Below the pieces are notes generated by a model. That model made no database searches, had not been told where the DNA came from, and saw only the letters and a list, made by a program, of their open reading frames with translations. A DNA stretch of 64,000 bases, taken from the NCBI GenBank assembly GCA_963718235.1, contig CAVQYR010000001.1, positions 1,792,001 through 1,856,000 on the forward strand. Reading direction: 5' to 3'. This document shows positions 57,274 to 64,000 of the stretch, one piece after another (position 1 is the stretch's first letter; the number at the start of each line of letters is the position of its first letter). The translations under genes and the position numbers were made by a program. The DNA comes from an uncultured Actinomycetota bacterium (GTDB taxonomy: Bacteria > Actinomycetota > Actinomycetes > JAHEKZ01).

Positions 57274-59682
57274 TCAGCTGGACAATGCGTGGACCGCCTG
57301 GCCGTGGTGTCCGGCTAGGTGAATCGCCTGCTCGTCCTCTTGGGTGAGGTGGGGCTTGACGTCGAAGACCACCTTCTTGATCGTGCCGGTGAAGGGGAAG
57401 GGCTTGCGGTCGGCGTAGCTCAGGTCGACGACCCCGCCGTTGTCGCGTCCGACGTCCATTCCGGCGTAGCCGGAGAACCGGATGGGGACGGTGTGGTCCA
57501 TCCGACCGCTTCCTACTGCCTTGTCGTTGACGAACAAGGTAACCTCGCCGCCGGTTGCCGGTTTCGCGGCGTCGGCGGCGAACTCCATGCGTACGGCTAC
57601 CTCGCCGGTTGGCAGCGGTTCGGTGGCCTGCTGCCGGAAGAGGAAGACTCCCATCATGGAGTAGGTGTGAGTGAGCCGTCCGCCGTCGATGAAAAGGGAG
57701 AATCCACCCAGGTGGTCGGCTTCGGCGACGATGACTCCCTCGGCGCCGCCCTCGGGGATGACCAGGTCGGCGCTGATCGAGTAGGAGTGGTTATAGATGC
57801 GGGGGACCATCCCGGCGAGGACGTTCTCCACATCACCACGGAACTCGAACGTGGCGACTTCCGGTAGCGGCGGTGCGATCCCGAAGAACACCCCGAGTGT
57901 GGCCAGCAGCGGAAGCACCTTGTACTTCTCCGCTTCTGACCAGAACAACGCCCGAAGTTCCTCGACCTTCTCCGGGTGCTGTGCGGCCAGGTCGTGGGCC
58001 TGGCTGAAGTCGTCGGGGAGGTAGTAGAGCTCGACGGGGTCGTCGTCGGGGTTCCACACTCCCGGTGCGTAAGGTTGCAGTGCAGCCGGGGTGAGGACCC
58101 AGGGGATCCGTTCGGTGCGCATCGCGAGCCACCAGCCGTCCTTGTACATCGCCCGGTTGCCGACGCTCTCGAAGTACTGCTGGGTGTGCCGTTCCGCCGC
58201 CGCAGCATCGGTGAGGGAGTCCGCGAAAGTCACGCCGTGCATGGGCTCCTGCGCGATCCCATCCACCTCGCCGGGCGCCGGAATGCCACACACGTCCAGA
58301 ATCGTCGGCGCAAGATCGGTGACATGGGTGAACTGCGACCGCAGACCACCGACTTCGGTGATCCGCTCCGGCCAGTGGATGACCATCGGGTTGCGGGTTC
58401 CGCCGAGGTGGGACCCGACCTGCTTGCCCCATTGGAAAGGTGTGTTGCCCGCCCACGCCCAGGCTGCTGAGTAGTGCGGGTCCATCATCGCCCCGCCCCA
58501 GGCATCCATCCCGCCGTACCGCTCGGCCAGCTGCAGCTGCATCTCGTCGGTCAGCGGGATCCCGTTCTGCATCGTCAACTCGTTGAACGAGCCGGTCAGC
58601 GACCCCTCCATGCTGGCCCCGTTGTCCCCCCAGATCCAGATCACCAAGGTGTTATCGAGCTCGCCGAGCTCCTCGATCGCGTGGATCACCCGACCGACAT
58701 TGTGGTCGGCGTTCTCCGAGAAGCCGGCGTATACCTCCATCTGCCGGGCGTAGTAGGCCTTCAGAGGCTCGGACAGGCTGTCCCATGCCGGGAACGCGTC
58801 GTTGCGCACGGTGAGCTCAGCGTCCGCAGGCACGACACCGAGTTGCTTCTGCCGAGCGAAGACCTCCTCGCGCATCTGGTCCCAGCCCTGGTCGAACCGA
58901 CCCTTGTACTTCTGTGCCCAGTTGTCAGCGACGTGGTGCGGAGCGTGGCTGCAGCCGGTAGCGAAGTAGGTGAAGAACGGCTTGGTCGCGTCCTGGGCCC
59001 GGACCCCGTGCAGCCACTGGATGGTCTTGTCGGCCATCGCGTCGGGTAGGTAGTAGGGGTTGTCCTCGTCGTAGAACGCCGGGTCGGTGCCGATGATCTT
59101 CTGGTTCTCCGCCAGACACGGATCCCACTGACTGGCGCCCCCACCCAGGAAGCCGTAGAAGTAGTCGAATCCCCAACCGTTCGGCCACCGGTCCAACGGA
59201 CCGGAGGGCCCTTGCTGGCCATCCGGGGTCAGGTGCCACTTGCCGAACGCCGCCGTGCTGTAGCCGTTGTCCCGCAGGATCCGCGGCAACGGCGCACAGT
59301 CATGGGGCAGGAGCGCGGTGTAGCCAGGGAAGCCGTTCGAGAACTCACCCACCGACCCGAAGCCGACCGTGTGACTGTTCCGTCCGGTCAAGAGCGCGGC
59401 ACGGGTCGGCGAGCACAAAGCCGTGACATGGAACCGGTTGTACCGTAGGCCCCCCTCAGCGATCCGGGTGAAGTTCGGGGTGTCGATCGGACCACCGAAC
59501 GTACTCGGGTTGCCGAACCCAGCGTCATCGATTAGGACGACCAGCACGTTTGGAGCCCCCGCCGGCGGATGCGGATGATCTATCTGCGCCCAGTCCGGTT
59601 CGCAGCCGTCAAGAGTTCGATTGGCCCGCCCGCCGAAGGTCGGGCGCCGGATCGGGAGTTTGGTGCGATCTGGCTCACTCAT
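57274..59682 (-). CDS. arylsulfatase (Cys-type) with C-terminal beta domain
   Basis: PNVLVVLIDDAG, LCSPTRAALLTGR, FGKWHL, HAPH, GDNG, GGTRNP; GAGGAG RBS; no signal peptide seen. Confidence 0.93.
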   Translation of the reverse strand: MSEPDRTKLPIRRPTFGGRANRTLDGCEPDWAQIDHPHPPAGAPNVLVVLIDDAGFGNPSTFGGPIDTPNFTRIAEGGLRYNRFHVTALCSPTRAALLTGRNSHTVGFGSVGEFSNGFPGYTALLPHDCAPLPRILRDNGYSTAAFGKWHLTPDGQQGPSGPLDRWPNGWGFDYFYGFLGGGASQWDPCLAENQKIIGTDPAFYDEDNPYYLPDAMADKTIQWLHGVRAQDATKPFFTYFATGCSHAPHHVADNWAQKYKGRFDQGWDQMREEVFARQKQLGVVPADAELTVRNDAFPAWDSLSEPLKAYYARQMEVYAGFSENADHNVGRVIHAIEELGELDNTLVIWIWGDNGASMEGSLTGSFNELTMQNGIPLTDEMQLQLAERYGGMDAWGGAMMDPHYSAAWAWAGNTPFQWGKQVGSHLGGTRNPMVIHWPERITEVGGLRSQFTHVTDLAPTILDVCGIPAPGEVDGIAQEPMHGVTFADSLTDAAAAERHTQQYFESVGNRAMYKDGWWLAMRTERIPWVLTPAALQPYAPGVWNPDDDPVELYYLPDDFSQAHDLAAQHPEKVEELRALFWSEAEKYKVLPLLATLGVFFGIAPPLPEVATFEFRGDVENVLAGMVPRIYNHSYSISADLVIPEGGAEGVIVAEADHLGGFSLFIDGGRLTHTYSMMGVFLFRQQATEPLPTGEVAVRMEFAADAAKPATGGEVTLFVNDKAVGSGRMDHTVPIRFSGYAGMDVGRDNGGVVDLSYADRKPFPFTGTIKKVVFDVKPHLTQEDEQAIHLAGHHGQAVHALSS

Positions 59683-59917
59683 GGCGTCTCCTCGGGGCGG
59701 CAGGAAGGACTCAATCAGAGACTAGTGGTAGCGCGGCACACAGCGATTCCCTCCGCCATTCGGTCCCGGCCGGACCGATGGGACATCCCACTGCCGCCCT
59801 GGGCGCGGAACTGTCGCCACTCACTGCCCGGGGGGCCTATGGCTCTGCCCGGCGTGGCCGGAGCCACGTAGACAAGGAGGAGTCAACGGATGGAGATGCC
59901 TGACGTTCGATAACTGG

Positions 59918-60136
59918 TTGTTCTGGACGCTGTTCATCCTCGTCTGGGTCGCACTCGCCTTCTGGCCGGCCCGGGTCGCCGGACGTAAAGGTCACAGCTT
60001 CCTCGGCTACTTCTTGTTCAGCCTGCTGTTCTTCCCGGCTGCGCTGATCACCGCGTACATGGTGCGCGACCGGAGTCGGTTGTCCACGACGGCCACGACC
60101 GTTACTCCCGCCGGATCGGCGTACGCCGCTAGCTGA
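59918..60136 (+). CDS. small two-TM membrane protein
   Basis: WPARVAGRKGHSFLGYFLFSLLFFPAALI; start uncertain. Confidence 0.6.
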   Translation: MFWTLFILVWVALAFWPARVAGRKGHSFLGYFLFSLLFFPAALITAYMVRDRSRLSTTATTVTPAGSAYAAS

Positions 60137-60320
60137 ACGCACCTGACTCAACCTCGAAGGGATAAACCGAATGGAGATGCAGCACATGAGGCCAGGGCAT
60201 CGATGAGGCTGGCAAGGCGGGTAGTGAACTTCATGACACGCTCCTTCGACCATTGGACGCCACAACCGAACTCACCAAGAGTCCCCGGCACCGGCGCTTC
60301 TGTCTGTTTCGGAGCGACTC

Positions 60321-60593
60321 TTCGGCGACGGGGGGGCTGGATCAGCAGGGTTCACATCTGAACGGATCGGTGTCGGCCACTACAAGCTCACCTTTACCCC
60401 TGGGACCTTCACCAGCTGCCCGAACGTCACGGTATCGGCAGCTATGACCTACACGGATGTCTACGTCGTCGGATCTTTGGCGAACAGCTACGAGGAGTTC
60501 GACGGCACTAGAACCATCGAGGTGCTCATGGCGGCAGTCAGTACGAACTCGTTGGTCGACAACTCGTTCTACTTCATCGCCACGTCGGCGTAG
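60321..60593 (+). pseudogene. start-less remnant of a beta-rich C-terminal domain
   Basis: Manual translation includes GSAGFTSERIGVGHYKLTFTPGTFTSCPNVTVS...VDNSFYFIATSA*; left boundary approximate. Confidence 0.45.
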
Positions 60594-60614
60594 TTCGCCG
60601 CACTTCGGGGTCGC

Positions 60615-60649
60615 GCCCGGTCCCCGGTCACCACGACCAGGGACCGGGC
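60615..60649 (+). terminator. strong hairpin after the remnant ORF
   Basis: GCCCGGTCCC / GGGACCGGGC, a perfect 10-bp stem. Confidence 0.55.
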
Positions 60650-61150
60650 CTCCCGCCCCATCCCGCACCAGGGCGAAACCCCGGCATTAACCCGGCCGCG
60701 GTGCGGTCGCCGCGACGTCGACGAGCTGTTGACCCGATGTGCCACCGCGCTCGCGGCGCGTACGGGCTCCGGGATTCTCGGTCGGGCAAGGCGAAGGCGC
60801 CCATCCCCACCGATCCGGGGTGGGGCGCTGGGGGGTCGAGGGCCCTAAGGCCCTGACGTGTCGCCAACACGTCGGCTACGTTGCGACGACTCCCGCCGGT
60901 GAGCGCGCACCCCCCGTCGCGCTCCCGGCGGGATTCTCCTGTTCACCGGGACCGGGTCACGCCAAAGCCTTCGATCAGGAGGTCGGCCAGCCGTCGTGGG
61001 TCCGCCGCCGTCAGCTCCGCGGGGGCCAGCCAGTCCGCAGCGAGTCCGCAACTTGTCCGGCAACCGTCAACGCCGTCCAGCGGTAGTCAACGGAGTAGCC
61101 GCAGGTCAGGACCGGTTTACGCCAGAACGCGGCAGGTTGCGGCCACGCGC

Positions 61151-61183
61151 ACCGACTTCAACATGTCGACGGTCAGCCAGGCG
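61151..61183 (+). repeat. att direct repeat, right copy (displaced tldE end)
   Basis: ACCGACTTCAACATGTCGACGGTCAGCCAGGCG followed by AGCTGA; 32/33 identical to 54848-54880. Confidence 0.9.
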
Positions 61184-61189
61184 AGCTGA

Positions 61190-61402
61190 TCAGGAGTCCT
61201 CGAGCCGGAAGCCCAGCTTCAGCCCGACCTGCCAGTGCTCGACGCTGCCATCCACGATGCGTCCGCGGACCTCGGTCATCTCGAACCAGTCCAGGTGGCG
61301 CAGGGTCTCCGCGGCCCGGGCGATGCCGTTGTGGATGGCGTGCTCGATGCTCTCGTCGGAGGTCCCGACGATCTCGGTGACGCGGTAGGTGCGGTTGGCC
61401 AT
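61190..61402 (-). CDS. dodecin (flavin-binding)
   Basis: MANRTYRVTEIVGTS, TLRHLDWFE, WQVGLKLGFRLED; GAGGAA RBS. Confidence 0.92.
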   Translation of the reverse strand: MANRTYRVTEIVGTSDESIEHAIHNGIARAAETLRHLDWFEMTEVRGRIVDGSVEHWQVGLKLGFRLEDS

Positions 61403-61532
61403 GGTTCCTCCTGGACTGTCGGCTCGCCTGGCCGGGTCGGGGGTTCGGACGTACCGTAGAGGGGCGCCCCGCTGGGCGCGGCAGGGGTCAGGTGCCGACC
61501 GGGCCTGACGACCATGATGCAGGTGAGACGAC

Positions 61533-61874
61533 ATGTCCCGGATCGGGGCCCTCTTCGGGCGGCACGACCATCCCGTCTACCGGATCACCAACGCCCCGGT
61601 CGGTCTCGAGGACGACCAAGGCGTCCGGGTCCGCAACTACGTGATCTCGATGGTGCTGCGGATCGTCTTCATCGTCGCCGCCGTGCTCGCCTCCGGGTGG
61701 CTGCGCTGGACCTTCGCCGCCGGTGCGGTGTTCATCCCCTACTTCGCCGTCGTGATCGCCAACGGAGGACGGGAGCGCAGTGAGCACGTCGCCTCACTCG
61801 TCACCTCCTCGACGCCGGCGCTCCCCCCGGCTCCCACACACCCAGGACCGGGCGATCCACCCGTCGGCACCTGA
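61533..61874 (+). CDS. DUF3099 membrane protein
   Basis: YRITNA, RNYVISMVLR, IPYFAVVIAN. Confidence 0.83.
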   Translation: MSRIGALFGRHDHPVYRITNAPVGLEDDQGVRVRNYVISMVLRIVFIVAAVLASGWLRWTFAAGAVFIPYFAVVIANGGRERSEHVASLVTSSTPALPPAPTHPGPGDPPVGT

Positions 61875-61916
61875 CCCGACGTCTCGTCGAGCGTCAGCTC
61901 GGGCTAGCGTGCCCTG

Positions 61917-62705
61917 GTGCCACGAGTGCTGACCACGTTGAGACAGCCGCGCTGGGTGCTCTTCGCCCTGTTCGCCGTCACCCTGGCCGTGCTCTGCGTC
62001 CTGGCCGGGCGCTGGCAGTGGCACCGCTGGCACGACCGGCTCGACCGGAACGCCGCCGTCGAGGCAGCGCAGAGCGGCGACCCGTTGGCCCTGGGCGACG
62101 TCCTGGTCGTCGGCACTCCGCTGGCGTCCTCCGACGAGTTCACCCTCGCTCGCGCGTCAGGGGTGTACGACGTCGCCGGTCAGGTGCTGGTCCGCAACCA
62201 CAACGGACGAGGGGGGTTCGAGGTCATCACCCCGTTCGTCACCTCAGAGGGGCCGGCCGTCCTGGTGGACCGGGGGTGGCTGCCGCAGTCGATGGTGTCC
62301 GCGAGTGCCGAGCCGGAGGTCCCCGACCCGCCGTCGGGGACCGTTGACGTCCTGCTGCGCCTGCGGCCGGCCGAGGCAAGCGCCGACAACGCGGCCGAGG
62401 CACCGGCTGGCCAGGCGTACAGCATCGACGTCGCGGCGTTCGCCGAGGACCTGCCCTACCCGGTCTTCGGCGGCTACGGCGAGCTGGTCGACGAGCAGCC
62501 GCCGGGACCGGCAGGGCTCGAGCAGCCCGAGCCACCCGCCTCGGGCAGCGGTCCGCACTTCTTCTACGCCCTTCAGTGGTGGTTCTTCGCCGGGCTGGCG
62601 CTGGTCGGCTTCGGCCTGCTGGCCAGGCGGGAGAGCAGCGCGCCGGATGCGGGTGCCCGCGCCGTCGAGCCGTCGGTCACGGTCCGGCCGGGCCTAGACC
62701 GCTGA
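61917..62705 (+). CDS. SURF1 family protein
   Basis: AGRWQWHR, GFEVITP, VLVDRGW, GPHFFYALQWWFF. Confidence 0.9.
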   Translation: MPRVLTTLRQPRWVLFALFAVTLAVLCVLAGRWQWHRWHDRLDRNAAVEAAQSGDPLALGDVLVVGTPLASSDEFTLARASGVYDVAGQVLVRNHNGRGGFEVITPFVTSEGPAVLVDRGWLPQSMVSASAEPEVPDPPSGTVDVLLRLRPAEASADNAAEAPAGQAYSIDVAAFAEDLPYPVFGGYGELVDEQPPGPAGLEQPEPPASGSGPHFFYALQWWFFAGLALVGFGLLARRESSAPDAGARAVEPSVTVRPGLDR

Positions 62706-63624
62706 CCCTCAGCGTGCCGGCGGAGGGGTCGAGTCGCGCCGGAGCCCCGAGCAGCAGGGCCCGCTGGACGGGGCCGTGGCCCACCTGCAGCCCGGCCAGC
62801 ACGGGCACACCCAGGTCGCCCAGGCGGTCCTCCAGCACGCGGCGCAGCGACACCGGGTCACCGCAGTCGTGCAGGCTGCCCACGACGACGCCGCGCGCGC
62901 GGTGGAACCAGCCGGCACCACGCAGCTGGGTGAGCAGCCGGTCGACCCGGTAGGGCGCCTCCCCGACGTCCTCGAGGAAGACCAGCCCACCGGCTGCCGG
63001 GACGGAGTAGCCGGTGCCCAGCGAGGCGGCCAGGAGGCTCAGCGTGCCGCCCACGAGCACGCCGGACACCGCCCCGCCTCCGGGCGGGCCCGCGACGACC
63101 AGGTCGTCGGCCGCGAGCACCTCGGGCTCGGCTCCGAACACCATCGCGTGGATCGCCTCGGCCGAGTCCGGCTGGGGCACCGGGCCGCCGAGCAGCTCGG
63201 TGGCCGGCATCGGACCGAAGACCGAGGCCAGGGACAGCCGGGTCGCCCAGGCCTCGTGCAGGGCCGTGATGTCGCTCGAGCCCACGAGGACCTTGGGGCC
63301 GGTCGCGGCCATCGCCGACCAGTCCAGGTGCTCGAGCAGCCGACCGGCGCCGTAGCCGCCTCGGGCGCAGAAGACGCCGTCGACTGCAGGGTCGGTCCAC
63401 GTCTCCTGGAGGTCCCCGGCTCGCTCGCGGTCGGTCCCGGCGAGCAGGCCCGCGTGGGCCACGGCGTGTGCGTGGGGCGCTACCACGACCTGCAGCCCCC
63501 AGGAGCGGAGCAGAGCGACCCCGCCCGCGAGCCGTCCGGTCGGTACCGGTGAGCTGGGGGCCACGAGGGCGACGGTCGAACCAGGGCGGAGGGGTTCCGG
63601 GATCGTCCGGGTCGGCAGGTTCAC
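62677..63624 (-). CDS. LD-carboxypeptidase (S66)
   Basis: VAPSS, ARGGYG, GSSDITAL, GGTLSLL, LEDVGE, VGHG. Confidence 0.9.
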   Translation of the reverse strand: MNLPTRTIPEPLRPGSTVALVAPSSPVPTGRLAGGVALLRSWGLQVVVAPHAHAVAHAGLLAGTDRERAGDLQETWTDPAVDGVFCARGGYGAGRLLEHLDWSAMAATGPKVLVGSSDITALHEAWATRLSLASVFGPMPATELLGGPVPQPDSAEAIHAMVFGAEPEVLAADDLVVAGPPGGGAVSGVLVGGTLSLLAASLGTGYSVPAAGGLVFLEDVGEAPYRVDRLLTQLRGAGWFHRARGVVVGSLHDCGDPVSLRRVLEDRLGDLGVPVLAGLQVGHGPVQRALLLGAPARLDPSAGTLRVSGLGPAGP

Positions 63625-63825
63625 GGTCTCACTCCCGATGCAGGGTCTTCGGGCACTCCCGGCCCCAGGGACGGCTCGCCAGCTGATCGTAGGCGCTGTC
63701 TCGCCCGGACGGGCCTGGGCTCGAGACCGCGAACCTGACAGGCTGGCCCTGACCTGGACCCCAGCTCCACTGCGGCCAGGCTGCGACCGACCTGCGCGGT
63801 CGACGTCGAGGACCGGGAGGACGCC

Positions 63826-64000
63826 GTGGATCTGGGGATCACCGACCGGGTGTTCGTCGTGACCGGCGGGAGTCGGGGTCTGGGTCGGGCCAGCGCCGAG
63901 GCTCTCGTTGCCGAGGGGGCCCGGGTGGTGCTGGGTGCCAGGGATCCGGAGGTGCTGGCATCGGTGGCGACGGCGCTCGGCGGGCCGGACCGGGCCGTCG
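63826..64000 (+). CDS. SDR oxidoreductase, 5' part (runs off the window)
   Basis: GGGAGG RBS; manual translation MDLGITDRVFVVTGGSRGLGRASAEALVAEGA. Confidence 0.85.
   Translation, partial: MDLGITDRVFVVTGGSRGLGRASAEALVAEGARVVLGARDPEVLASVATALGGPDRAV

Larger units (their letters stand above)
54848..61189. mobile_element. decayed integrative element inserted in the 3' end of tldE
   Basis: 33-bp direct repeats at both ends, tyrosine integrase next to the left repeat, IS remnant, and visibly more A/T-ending codons inside. Confidence 0.88.

Overview
High-GC actinomycete chromosome segment. From 1 to 20.8 kb lies the conserved proteasome/mycothiol neighbourhood: arc (5' part), trmI, a site-2 protease, a RecB/Cas4-like nuclease, an ABC exporter, a frameshifted HAD gene, metH, PAC2, mshC, the phosphatase/DUF3090/kinase-like trio, uppP, an F420 LLM, an AKR, fdhD, an M20 peptidase and tRNA-Leu(GAG). 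From 20.8 to 32.3 kb are accessory and cell-wall genes. From 32.3 to 45.7 kb is a respiratory nitrate reductase locus: an ArnR-like regulator plus narGHJI, a divergent narK pair with a DosR/DevR-like box between them, and moaA/moaE/moeA. From 45.7 to 54.9 kb are housekeeping genes (serB, fabI, fabG, tldD/tldE). The most notable structure is a decayed ~6.3-kb integrative element (54848-61189) inserted inside the 3' end of tldE. It is bounded by a 33-bp direct repeat and supplies a synonymously recoded copy of the TldE C-terminus. It carries an inactivated tyrosine integrase, an IS110 remnant, and a DUF1269-like gene plus arylsulfatase as cargo. Other unannotated signals are a 31-aa small ORF facing a TetR gene, five 11-bp tandem repeats upstream of a lytic transglycosylase, and many apparently leaderless promoters. 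All product calls come from motif recognition by eye; no database searches were run.
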